From the IMG/VR virus record IMGVR_UViG_2698536369_000022: a stretch of DNA of 36,385 nucleotides; one strand, 5' to 3'. The notes under the pieces are model-generated. The model was given only the letters and a program-made list of their open reading frames with translations, ran no database searches and was not told where the DNA came from. The stretch's first letter is position 1, and every line of letters begins with the position of its first letter. This DNA comes from a virus. Taxonomy: Duplodnaviria; Heunggongvirae; Uroviricota; Caudoviricetes. The translations under genes and the position numbers were made by a program. Shown here one piece after another: positions 17,230-26,130 of this stretch.

Positions 17230-17732
17230 CAGCACAACTCCGCAAAGATTCGCGGGCGGCACAGAATGTCAGAGATGGCCCAGCTCACATCGCGCCACAA
17301 ATCCGATGTCTGTATATCCAGTGCGTCCGCCCGGCGGTCGCCCTTGTCCGTTGTGTCTGCATCACGATAACGCTCCAGAATCAGGGCGCGCGTGGCGGTA
17401 TAAACCGCATTGCGCCAGTGCCAGAGATTGACGCTTTCTCCGTTAATTACGGGTGCCGGAACATCGGCCAGCGTCTGATGGCCAGCCGCCTGCTGTTCCT
17501 GCTGCCACGCTTCCAGCTCGCGGGTAACGTGTGCCACGGCCCCGGTGGCGGTATGCAGCAGGCGGGAGGTGGTCACACGTCCCGGCAGTCGTACCGCCAG
17601 ACGCAGTTCACGCAGCACAATATCCGGCCAGAATGCACCCGCTGAAATACGGGTATCACCATCATCGGTATCGGTGATGTCGTCCTCTGCGGGTCCGGGG
17701 TTGGTTCTGGCAACCATACTCATGGGGTTCAC
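17229..17732 (-). CDS. L: Head completion/stabilisation protein L
   Basis: 167 aa with ..FWPDI...LADVPAP.INGESV..W..AV...TRALILERYRD.D.T.KGDRRADALD...DLWRDVSWAI matching P2 gpL features. Confidence 0.85.
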   Translation of the reverse strand: MNPMSMVARTNPGPAEDDITDTDDGDTRISAGAFWPDIVLRELRLAVRLPGRVTTSRLLHTATGAVAHVTRELEAWQQEQQAAGHQTLADVPAPVINGESVNLWHWRNAVYTATRALILERYRDADTTDKGDRRADALDIQTSDLWRDVSWAISDILCRPRIFAELC

Positions 17733-17824
17733 TCCTGAAAAAATCGGGCGGTGGGTGCGCGGTGTAAACGGTCACGGAGTCAAACCGGAACACCGCGCAC
17801 GCCGCCCGCTGACGGGGTCAGTCG

Positions 17825-18625
17825 TTAACCGCGCTTCGCCTTCTGCGTCGCGGTGGTTTTTCGTGTTGCAGGCTTCCGCGTTGTCTTTTTACTTTTGCTG
17901 CTTTCGTCCTGCGTCTGCGGTGTGCTGGCGTCTTCTGGTGCGGCTGCGGAATCGGCTTTTTTCAGGGCGCGGGAAAGGGTTGCAATCTCGCGTTTCACAC
18001 CTGCGTTCGGGTTCAGGTGCATTGCTTCGCGCAGCAGCTTCAGTGACAGGGCCATGCTGTCCGCATCACTCAGGCCACGGCGGGCAAAGGCGCACGCCTT
18101 GCATAATTTGGCGCGCACTTCGTCCGGCATGTCCTGGTCGGTGACAATCTCCCGGAGGGTGTCCAGTGGTTCGATAAAGGCGGATAAATCCGCGTCGGCA
18201 TCCGTTCCGGCCTGCGTCAGTACCGGGTTGCAGATTTCTTCGGTCAGCACTGTGGCAGCAGTACGGCCAAAGTTATCCGGCATGATGAGGTTGTGATGAA
18301 CCACATACGCACCAATACGCAATGCCAGCGGAAGATCGCCGCAGTCAATCGCCCACACCATCAGCGTGGCAATCACTTCATCCTGCTGCCCGCCGTCAGC
18401 CTCCAGCGTTCCTTCAATCCAGCCGGAAAAGTCCGGCAACAACTCTTTTTTGATGGCGGCTTTGGCGCTTCTGGCCTGTACGCCCTTAAGCCGGGCCTGT
18501 GCCAGACGCAGACGATACAGCACCTCTTCATGCGCGGTACGCGCGGCGTGGTCCACGCCTTCATTCGCCCGGCCTGCGCGCTGCGCCATCACGTTCTGCC
18601 AGTGTTGCTGTGCAGGAGTAATCAT
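17825..18625 (-). CDS. M: Terminase endonuclease (small) subunit M
   Basis: MITPAQQHW...KKELLP...ADMPDEVRAKL...AGVKREI and basic C-terminal tail match P2 gpM (MTSPAQRHM..KRELLP..ADMPDEVRAKL..AGVKKEI). Confidence 0.85.
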   Translation of the reverse strand: MITPAQQHWQNVMAQRAGRANEGVDHAARTAHEEVLYRLRLAQARLKGVQARSAKAAIKKELLPDFSGWIEGTLEADGGQQDEVIATLMVWAIDCGDLPLALRIGAYVVHHNLIMPDNFGRTAATVLTEEICNPVLTQAGTDADADLSAFIEPLDTLREIVTDQDMPDEVRAKLCKACAFARRGLSDADSMALSLKLLREAMHLNPNAGVKREIATLSRALKKADSAAAPEDASTPQTQDESSKSKKTTRKPATRKTTATQKAKRG

Positions 18626-18670
18626 TCTTTCTCTCCGTTACAGGCGGGCATGATGCCCGCCGTGAGTTGA

Positions 18671-19723
18671 TTAGCTGTCGGCGAACTTCAGGCCAGTGAC
18701 CATCGCGCACTTGCCATAGTCTTCAACGACATAAGCGTCATTGATGGACTGGTAGGTGGCGATGCGGTTGTATTCCGGCTCGTCTTTCATCAGGCGACGC
18801 ATTGAGCCTCTCTGCCAGTAAATTGACAGGTTGTTGAATGAGGTGATCAGCATCGTTGAATCCGGGAAGAACGGCGCAAGGAATACATCCAGCCCGCCAA
18901 TGGTGCGCGATGACAGGATGAGCTGTCCGGCGAGTAATTCCGCATTGGGATTCTGGCCGCTGATGCTGTTCAGAACGGGCAGACGCAGCGAGTTAAACAG
19001 GTTGCGCCCCATAATCACCACAAGGTCGTCTGCTTCCTTGTGCCATTCATCCAGCAGGGATGAGCGCGCGTCCTGTACCAGTGCATCAGCGTTCGCATAC
19101 TTACCCGCGTGCGCCACGGTGTTGTCCATGTTGCGGGAAGTCAGCGTCACGTCATTCATAACGCGTTCGCTGGCGTCGGTTCTGATGTGCTCCAGCCATC
19201 CCACGTTAACGTCCTGAAGCAGCTTGTTGGTGCTGAAATTGGATTTTTCCGCGTGTGATGTGCCATTAAAGCCGATCATGATGCGGTCAAGCGCCACCTG
19301 CCGGGCAATCTGTGTGCTGATGCGCGACTGAAAATCACTGTGAGCCGCCCAGGCATCAAGCTTCGGATACGAAATAAAGGTGTCGTAGTTCACCTGTTCA
19401 CACTGGTACTGACGAGCCTTCATATCGACAGCGTTGATCGGATTACGGCGATCTGTGCCGTCATAACTGGTATTCGTGCGCGCAATCGGCCCGGTGGTGT
19501 CCAGGAGAACTTTTTCGCCTTTCTGGTCAGTTACACCGATTACATTAATTCTTTTCGTAAATTCGGTACTTTCCTTTGAAGCGTTTTCAAAACGCTGTTG
19601 TACCGATGGATTGACGGTAAATCGCGATACCAGCGCAGAAACCGGGATATTGTTAAGCGACGCCTGCTGCGTCATGTAGCAGCCCAGCTTGTTACGGGCA
19701 TTATCTGACATCACCAGATTCAT
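18671..19723 (-). CDS. N: Major capsid protein N
   Basis: 350 aa with IMIGFNGTSHAEKS, LQDVNVGWLE, DLVVIMGRNL, LSIYWQ and YVVEDYG motifs matching P2 gpN; start may be an internal Met. Confidence 0.85.
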   Translation of the reverse strand: MNLVMSDNARNKLGCYMTQQASLNNIPVSALVSRFTVNPSVQQRFENASKESTEFTKRINVIGVTDQKGEKVLLDTTGPIARTNTSYDGTDRRNPINAVDMKARQYQCEQVNYDTFISYPKLDAWAAHSDFQSRISTQIARQVALDRIMIGFNGTSHAEKSNFSTNKLLQDVNVGWLEHIRTDASERVMNDVTLTSRNMDNTVAHAGKYANADALVQDARSSLLDEWHKEADDLVVIMGRNLFNSLRLPVLNSISGQNPNAELLAGQLILSSRTIGGLDVFLAPFFPDSTMLITSFNNLSIYWQRGSMRRLMKDEPEYNRIATYQSINDAYVVEDYGKCAMVTGLKFADS

Positions 19724-19746
19724 AAAAAATTTGCTCCTTTGTCTTA

Positions 19747-20583
19747 TCAGAAGTCAGCCAGTTGATCGGAGGCTGCGCCCGTTGCGGTGAACCGGTTCTG
19801 CGGATCGCCGTCCTGCGTGCGCAGTTTTTCCTTCAGTGCTGTCAGCTCTGTGGTCAGTGACGTGATTTTCTGACGGTCCTGCTTATGGCGGGCTTCCAGT
19901 GCATTAAAACGGTCGATAATGTCGGCCTGTGACGTTGCGACGCCTTCCACTGCTTCCTGAATGCGGGAAAAACTGGCGTCATCCGCTTTGCGGCCACGGC
20001 CAATAATCCCCATTACGCGGTTAAACCACTGGGTGCCTTCTTCCTGGCGTTGTTCTGCCATTTCGATGATTTCAGACTCGATGGCTTCGGAGATAAGCGG
20101 CGCTTCACCCTGGACACTGTTGAATGTCATTACCGCCTGACGTTGCTGTGCCGTGAATTTCAGGCGCTCAGTGCCCAGGCTTGCCGGGGTGTCGGTCATC
20201 GCCAGCCCGACCAGATAGGCGCGCCCGTTAACGGAGAACTGCGGGTGCAGTTCGATACTGGAATAGATTTTCTTGCCGTCAGCGACAAGCTGCTTCATGC
20301 GCTCGGTCGGTTCGATTTCTGCATACAGCGCAGTACGCCCGGCCAGCGGACCTTCCGTAATGTCTTCCGTACTCAGTGCGGTGACATCGCCCATTGCGGA
20401 AAATTCGCTTGACGGGCATGGCGAGAGATAGTGCTCAACGTTCACTCGGGCAGCGTAAACATCCGGGTCGAAGTTCTCAGCAGCTTCACGCAGATGCACC
20501 GGACTGATTTCGCGACCGTCAACAGTTGATCCGGAGACAGCCACGCGAAACTTTTTGCGGGATGTCTTTTTTTCATTAGCCAT
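19747..20583 (-). CDS. O: Capsid scaffolding protein O
   Basis: MANEKKTSRKKFRVAVSGSTVDGREISPVHLREAAENFDP..AYLVGLAMTDTPASLGTE matches P2 gpO (MAKKVSKFFRIGVEGDTCDGRVISAQDIQEMAETFDP..CYLVGLAVTDDPASLGTE); start at the internal Met. Confidence 0.85.
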   Translation of the reverse strand: MANEKKTSRKKFRVAVSGSTVDGREISPVHLREAAENFDPDVYAARVNVEHYLSPCPSSEFSAMGDVTALSTEDITEGPLAGRTALYAEIEPTERMKQLVADGKKIYSSIELHPQFSVNGRAYLVGLAMTDTPASLGTERLKFTAQQRQAVMTFNSVQGEAPLISEAIESEIIEMAEQRQEEGTQWFNRVMGIIGRGRKADDASFSRIQEAVEGVATSQADIIDRFNALEARHKQDRQKITSLTTELTALKEKLRTQDGDPQNRFTATGAASDQLADF

Positions 20584-20737
20584 AGTTTTTGCCCCTCTGA
20601 CTGGTTCTTCAGTCATGATGGCAAAGCGTAACAGGCTGATACAAAGGGCTTTTGTTGTAAGAAAACGGCCAGAACAGGGGGTTAAGGAGAACGGTTTCGC
20701 GCGCGGGTAATCTTCCTGTAATTACTCAGGGGGAGCA
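20584..20737. promoter_or_regulatory. Divergent intergenic region between O and P (expected late promoters for capsid and terminase operons)
   Basis: 154-bp gap between divergently transcribed O and P, as in P2; GGGGGAG RBS before P. No Ogr box verified. Confidence 0.35.
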
Positions 20738-22489
20738 ATGATTCAGGACGCTTTTGTGCGCCAGCGTGCGCGGCAACTTTACTGGCAGGGTTATCCGCCC
20801 GCAGAAATATCACGTCTGATGGGAATAAACCCGAACACGATTTATGCGTGGAAAAAACGTGACCAGTGGGATGAAACGCCACCCGTGCAGCGTGTCACGC
20901 AGTCCATCGATGCGCGCCTCATCCAGCTTACTGAAAAACAGAATAAAACAGGCGGTGACTTTAAGGAAATAGACCTGCTGACCCGGCAGCTTAAAAAACT
21001 GCATGATGGCCATCCGGATGCGACGGTCACAGGAAAGAAAGGCCGGGCGAAAAAACTCAAAAATCATTTCACGCCGGAACAGATTGCCGCACTGCGGGAA
21101 AAAATCATCAGCAGGCTGGAGTGGCATCAGCGGGGCTGGTTTGACTCCCTGACCCTTTGCAGGGAAGCCGGGATACGTAACAGGATGATCCTGAAATCCC
21201 GACAGATTGGGGCGACCTGGTATTTTGCACAGGAAGCACTGCTGATGGCGCTGCGTGACGATGTGGCGCAACCTTACCAGCGTAACCAGATTTTTTTGTC
21301 TGCGTCGCGTCGTCAGGCGTTCCAGTTTAAAAGCATTATTCAGAAGGCCGCGGCTGAAGTTGATGTGGAGCTGAAAGGGGGCGATAAAATCATCCTCTCC
21401 AACGGCGCAGAGCTGCATTTTCTCGGCACTTCTGCTGCGTCGGCACAGTCCTATACGGGCAATTTTTATTTTGATGAATTTTTCTGGGTCAGTCGCTTTG
21501 CTGAACTGCGCAAGGTGGCTGGCGCTATGGCAACCCTCAGCGGACTGCGGCGCACCTACTTCTCCACGCCATCCACCGAAACGCACGAGGCATACGCCTA
21601 CTGGAACGGCGACCGCTGGAACGAGAAAAAGGCCTCGCATAAACGCCAGCGTTTTTCTGTGGACTGGAAAACGCTGCATAACGGGCTTATCTGCCCTGAC
21701 CGGACGTGGCGGCAAATTGTCACGCTGGAAGATGTGGTTAATCACGGCTGGAAACACACCGATATTGACGAAATCCGTGATGAAAACACCGAAGACGAGT
21801 TCCTCAATCTCTATATGTGTGAGTTTGTTCGCGAAGGGGAATCGGCATTTAACCTGAATATCCTGATTGGCTGCGGTGTTGACGGATACGACGACTGGAA
21901 AGACTGGAAACCTTTTGCTCCCCGCCCGATGGGGAATCGTCCGGTATGGATTGGGTATGACGCAAACGGCAGCAGTGGCAACGGCGACAGCGGCGCTGTG
22001 TCCGTGGTGGTTCCTCCGGCTGTTCCTGGTGGCCGTTTTCGAACGGTGGAGACGCGACGCGTTCAGGGGCTGGAGTTTGAAGAACAGGCCAGAGTCATTG
22101 AAGAGTTCACGTGTCGCTACAACGTGGAACACATCGGCATTGATGTGACGGGCGGGAACGGGGAGGCTGTTTATCAGATAGTGAAACGGTTTTTCCCTGC
22201 TGCTATTCCGTACACCTTCACGCTGTCATCAAAACGGTCGCTGGTACTGAAAATGCTGCAAATAATGCGTGCCGGGCGGTGGGAATACGATCGCGCCGAA
22301 CGCGAGCTGGTCGCGGCCTTTAACGCCGTGCGTAAGGTGAAAACACCGGGCGGCTTTATCACTTACGAAACGGACCGCGCGAGGGGGATCAGCCACGGCG
22401 ACCTTGCGTGGGCAACCATGCTTGCTGTCATTAACGAACCGATTGGCGGCGAAGGAGAAAACGAGCGTTTCACGGTTATGGAGTTCTGA
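20738..22489 (+). CDS. P: Terminase ATPase (large) subunit P
   Basis: 583 aa; N-terminal HTH-like MIQDAFVRQRARQLYWQGYPPAEISRLMGINPNTIYAWKKRD and ATPase/nuclease core typical of P2 gpP. Confidence 0.9.
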   Translation: MIQDAFVRQRARQLYWQGYPPAEISRLMGINPNTIYAWKKRDQWDETPPVQRVTQSIDARLIQLTEKQNKTGGDFKEIDLLTRQLKKLHDGHPDATVTGKKGRAKKLKNHFTPEQIAALREKIISRLEWHQRGWFDSLTLCREAGIRNRMILKSRQIGATWYFAQEALLMALRDDVAQPYQRNQIFLSASRRQAFQFKSIIQKAAAEVDVELKGGDKIILSNGAELHFLGTSAASAQSYTGNFYFDEFFWVSRFAELRKVAGAMATLSGLRRTYFSTPSTETHEAYAYWNGDRWNEKKASHKRQRFSVDWKTLHNGLICPDRTWRQIVTLEDVVNHGWKHTDIDEIRDENTEDEFLNLYMCEFVREGESAFNLNILIGCGVDGYDDWKDWKPFAPRPMGNRPVWIGYDANGSSGNGDSGAVSVVVPPAVPGGRFRTVETRRVQGLEFEEQARVIEEFTCRYNVEHIGIDVTGGNGEAVYQIVKRFFPAAIPYTFTLSSKRSLVLKMLQIMRAGRWEYDRAERELVAAFNAVRKVKTPGGFITYETDRARGISHGDLAWATMLAVINEPIGGEGENERFTVMEF

Positions 22490-23535
22490 TGAGCAGAAAA
22501 AATAAAAAAGTGCGCATGAGTTCACGCATTGATCTCGCTGATGCGCTCAGGAAAGAATCATCGCTCAGTGCATTCACATTTGATGGTCCTTATAGCCTGA
22601 CCGGGCATGACCTGCTGGACAATATGTACTGTGCTGATAACGGGCGGTGGTATGAAACCCCGGTGGACTGGTACGGTCTGGCAAGAGCTGCCCGGCAAAC
22701 GTCCTGGCATCAGTCTGCGCTTTACTTTAAGCGCAATGTATTACTCGGTTGCTACATCCCGCACCCACTGCTTTCCCGGCAGGATTTCTCGGCGCTGGCG
22801 CTGGACTGGTTTGTGTTCGGTAACGCATTCCTTGAGCTTCGAAACAATATGCTCGGCGAACCGCTTAAATTACGGCACGCTCTGGCGAAATACATGCGAC
22901 GCGGAAGCGATCTTGAATCATGGTGGTATGTGCAGGATGGCAAGGACGCGTTCCAGTTTCGCCCTGGCAAAGTGTGCCACCTGATGAATCCGGATATTAA
23001 CCAGGAAATCTACGGCATGCCGGAATATCTTGGCGCATTACTCTCGGCCAGCCTGTCTCATTCGGCGGACATGTTCAGAAAACTGTATTACGACAACGGA
23101 TCCCACGCCGGGTGCATCATCTACATCGGTGCAGCGCAGGTAAACCGTGAAAGCATGGACTCCCTGAAAGAAACGCTACAGGGTGCACGTGGTGGTGGTG
23201 CGTTTAAAAACGTGCTCATTCATGCGCCCAACGGGGGCAAAGAAGGTGTGCAAATTTTGCCGTTCCAGCAGATCACCGCAAAGGATGAGTTCATGAATGT
23301 TAAGTCGGCATCCCGTGATGATGTGCTGGCTGCGCACCGCGTTCCGCCGCAACTGATGGGGGCGATGCCGGGCGAAAAAAGTGCGTTTGGTGATGTGGAG
23401 AAGGCCGCGCGGGTTTACGCAATTAACGAGCTGATGCCTGTCATGGAGGCCATGAAGCACATCAATGACTGGCTTGGCGAAGAGGTGATCCGTTTTAATT
23501 CTTATGCTCTTCTTGATGAAAAAACAGCCCCGTGA
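22489..23535 (+). CDS. Q: Portal (capsid) protein Q
   Basis: 348 aa following P with ATGA-type overlap; P2 Q-like sequence character. Confidence 0.85.
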   Translation: MSRKNKKVRMSSRIDLADALRKESSLSAFTFDGPYSLTGHDLLDNMYCADNGRWYETPVDWYGLARAARQTSWHQSALYFKRNVLLGCYIPHPLLSRQDFSALALDWFVFGNAFLELRNNMLGEPLKLRHALAKYMRRGSDLESWWYVQDGKDAFQFRPGKVCHLMNPDINQEIYGMPEYLGALLSASLSHSADMFRKLYYDNGSHAGCIIYIGAAQVNRESMDSLKETLQGARGGGAFKNVLIHAPNGGKEGVQILPFQQITAKDEFMNVKSASRDDVLAAHRVPPQLMGAMPGEKSAFGDVEKAARVYAINELMPVMEAMKHINDWLGEEVIRFNSYALLDEKTAP

Positions 23536-23551
23536 TGGGGCTGTCCTTTTT
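23524..23551. terminator. Bidirectional hairpin between convergent Q and the orphan gene
   Basis: Stem ACAGCCCC / GGGGCTGT with loop GTGAT, flanked by AAAA upstream and CCTTTTT downstream; overlaps both stop codons. Confidence 0.6.
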
Positions 23552-24074
23552 ACCAGAGTTGAACCATTTTCTGGGTGCCGTCAGGCTTGAGATTATCAAT
23601 TTCAGAGAGAACGTAATATTGAATGGCTTCACAAACGGTGGTGTATGGTGAATTACCTTCTTTAAGTGGCACGATATTATTATTAACGCGAACCTGTATT
23701 TCATCGTTATACATTGCGATCGAAAGAGGAGTATGCACGAACGCGACTTCGCCAGGTGTGTCGTCAACCACTGTCTCAATGCTGAAAATCAGTTTTCGCT
23801 CATCATTGCCGCCCCTTGCTTTGGGGGTAGCGGCAGGAATCTGAGATAAAGGCATTCTGCGAAACCCTTCAGTTGTTTCCAGTCCGCATGAAACGTAATG
23901 CTGGCGATTACCGTCGCTATCCGTCCATGTCTGTGATGGCAGCTCCAGAGAGATTTCATAAGCATCAACAATTCCCTGGGCAAGGTGTACAAGCGGGGTC
24001 AGATCTTCATTGCGGCGAAAACTTTCCTTTACCTGCTCTCGTTTTTCTCGTAACTGCTTGTAATTAATGACCAT
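23550..24074 (-). CDS. Orphan protein of about 174 aa (no recognised family)
   Basis: ORF with internal ATG (MVINYKQLREK..) preceded by GGAGG; protein-like composition; no motif I recognise. Track ORF 23550..24113 starts at GTG. Confidence 0.6.
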   Translation of the reverse strand: MVINYKQLREKREQVKESFRRNEDLTPLVHLAQGIVDAYEISLELPSQTWTDSDGNRQHYVSCGLETTEGFRRMPLSQIPAATPKARGGNDERKLIFSIETVVDDTPGEVAFVHTPLSIAMYNDEIQVRVNNNIVPLKEGNSPYTTVCEAIQYYVLSEIDNLKPDGTQKMVQLW

Positions 24075-24639
24075 AAAACAGCCTCCATTGATTTCTTTGC
24101 TCGTATTTTGCACTTATGAAGTGTGGTCGGCAAGGTGCCGCATCACTGACGCGCTTCGCTTGTCTGCTGCTTCGCCGGGGCATAAAAAATTTATGCCCCG
24201 ACTCTCCAGCTCCTGTATCAATCAGATAATTTCACGACGTCTTCCGACTTATCGCTATCATCGACAGTCAGGCTCTTACGCAATCCCGCCGCGCTGACTG
24301 CATGTTCTCGCCGCCTCAGTGCGATTTTGATGGCCTTACCTTTCATCCCATCAAATCAGAACCCCTTACGTCTTTTTCACGTTCAGCGTGAGCGATACAG
24401 CCATTCTGTTGTGTCGCTGCGACATCGTTCAGGGAATGCTATTTACCCCCTGAAACGCGGGCTGTTCCCCCGTCACCTGCGCGCAGAAAAAGCGCGTTTT
24501 TTTGTGCACGCACGGATCCTTGACGGATCCAGCCGCCACGCGGGCCGGAAGGGCAAAAATTCGTTCAAAAAAATTGTGCAAATTTGTGCACTATTGTGCA
24601 GCAGGGCGATGTGCGATTATCGCCCTGGTTTGAGGGGGA

Positions 24640-25179
24640 TCAGGTGTTATTTTTATCTGTCGTCAGTGGGCTAAACCATCCACAATTTACATCGCAGGAC
24701 TGATGCGTTCTGTCCTCGTGTTTCTCCTGCCACAATGCTTTTCCGCCAGCCTTTATGATGGCTCTTTCAACATCCCGCTCGTATCGCAAGGGCTGAAATA
24801 CGTCATTAATGAAATATTCGCTTATGTCCGGAAGCGATACTGCAAGATTATTTGTTTGTTGCGCCGTCCGGCTATGCAGCAAAGCGGCATACTTTAATGC
24901 GTCCTGTGCTTTCTGGAATTTAAGTGCATAGTCAGTGGCGATTTTTTCCAGTTCAGCGATGCGATTTTTTGCTGTTTCCAGTTCATCCAGCAGTGCCAGC
25001 ATGTCTTCCGGTCCAGCCAGAAGTCTGAAGGTGTTGATCGCGTCAATATCCACACCGTAATCTTTAAGTTCCTGTTCGCTTAACAAATCATCATCAACTG
25101 GCAATATTAACAGGCGTTCCATTGCCGGAATTGCACGTTCTGCTGCCATTTGTAGTGCCTGATAGTCAATTTTGCTCAC
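24640..25179 (-). CDS. Ead/Ea22-like family protein (paralogue 1)
   Basis: MSKIDYQALQMAAERA..MLALLDELETAKNRIAELEK shares N-terminal module with the adjacent gene. Confidence 0.55.
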   Translation of the reverse strand: MSKIDYQALQMAAERAIPAMERLLILPVDDDLLSEQELKDYGVDIDAINTFRLLAGPEDMLALLDELETAKNRIAELEKIATDYALKFQKAQDALKYAALLHSRTAQQTNNLAVSLPDISEYFINDVFQPLRYERDVERAIIKAGGKALWQEKHEDRTHQSCDVNCGWFSPLTTDKNNT

Positions 25180-25751
25180 TGACTGCCTCCTTTACGTAGC
25201 TCGGCGGCAAAAGCTACTGCGTGATCATGATGTTCAAGTGTGTATGCACACTCCGCAAACATCTCCACGCCCTGCGCCCGCACTTCAGCCAGGAAAGCAT
25301 CGGTGGCTGGAATGGGCTTTTGTGGTGATATAGCAATGCGAATTGTCTCAAGGTCTGGAGCTGTTTCCGCTGTTGGCACCTTGATATAACCCGTCTGCAC
25401 CCCATTCATGATGAACCTGCGACGGTCATCACATATCGCCTTAAGCCCTGCATTCTCCGCCGCCAGCGCCGCACGACTGGCCTCCAGTTCAGCAATGCGT
25501 TTGTTTTGGGCTTCCCGTTCATCCAGCAGCGCCTGCACTACTTCAGGGTTGAAAGCTGCGATATAACGAGCATTAGCAGCAGCTTTTTTCTGTCCATCAA
25601 ACCCAGGCCATTTGATAACATCTTCGCATCGTTTATCACCTGGCGTATGCACCGCATACGTACCAGTACCCGGCGAAATAAATGCGACCCATTCGCCCTG
25701 TGTTGCCTGTTTTGCTAACTCACGCAGTGCCTGATAGTTGATTTCGCTCAT
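25176..25751 (-). CDS. Ead/Ea22-like family protein (paralogue 2)
   Basis: MSEINYQALRELAKQATQGEW...NARYIAAFNPEVVQALLDEREAQNKRIAELE; family name from memory of prophage annotations. Confidence 0.55.
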   Translation of the reverse strand: MSEINYQALRELAKQATQGEWVAFISPGTGTYAVHTPGDKRCEDVIKWPGFDGQKKAAANARYIAAFNPEVVQALLDEREAQNKRIAELEASRAALAAENAGLKAICDDRRRFIMNGVQTGYIKVPTAETAPDLETIRIAISPQKPIPATDAFLAEVRAQGVEMFAECAYTLEHHDHAVAFAAELRKGGSQ

Positions 25752-25814
25752 TAAGTCGGTCTCCTTGTTTATGTTCTGAGGTGGAGATCAGGGCGAACTC
25801 GCCCTGACGTTGTG

Positions 25815-26126
25815 TTATTCAGGAAATAACGCCCTGATATTTCCGGCCATCTGACTGGTTATCTGTGCGGTTGGTACTGGCTGTGAGTCGGGGCGTTCTG
25901 TCCTGGTTTGTGTCACTGATAACGCCTCATCATCAGCCCATGCAGCCAGTCGGTAAGCCTCTGCCGGATTCATTTTCAGAAGTGCCAGCCCAGCCAGAAA
26001 AGCCACGCGTTGGCCGCTTTTGCGGGCTTCTGGTGTAAGGCTGTCCAGCCATGCGCATGCTTCGCCTTCGTTCTTGACGGCGGCGGGCTTCAGATAGAAA
26101 CTTATCCGTCTGGTTGGTGTCGTCAT
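25815..26126 (-). CDS. parR: ParR-like adaptor/repressor of a type II partition system
   Basis: From internal Met: MTTPTRRISFYLKPAAV..AWLDSLTPEARKSGQRVAFLAGLALL resembles R1 ParR N-terminus (..RRTIAFKLNPD..LDSIPQGERS..RAALTAGLAL); immediately downstream of the parM-like gene. Confidence 0.55.
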   Translation of the reverse strand: MTTPTRRISFYLKPAAVKNEGEACAWLDSLTPEARKSGQRVAFLAGLALLKMNPAEAYRLAAWADDEALSVTQTRTERPDSQPVPTAQITSQMAGNIRALFPE

Positions 26127-26130
26127 TGGT

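Noticed and set aside
20810-22132. 440-aa minus-strand ORF inside the terminase gene P
   Set aside because: Antisense shadow ORF; P on the plus strand has strong family motifs.
24075-24200. LexA (SOS) box upstream of the orphan gene, by analogy with 186 tum
   Set aside because: No CTGT-N8-ACAG match found in the upstream region on either strand.
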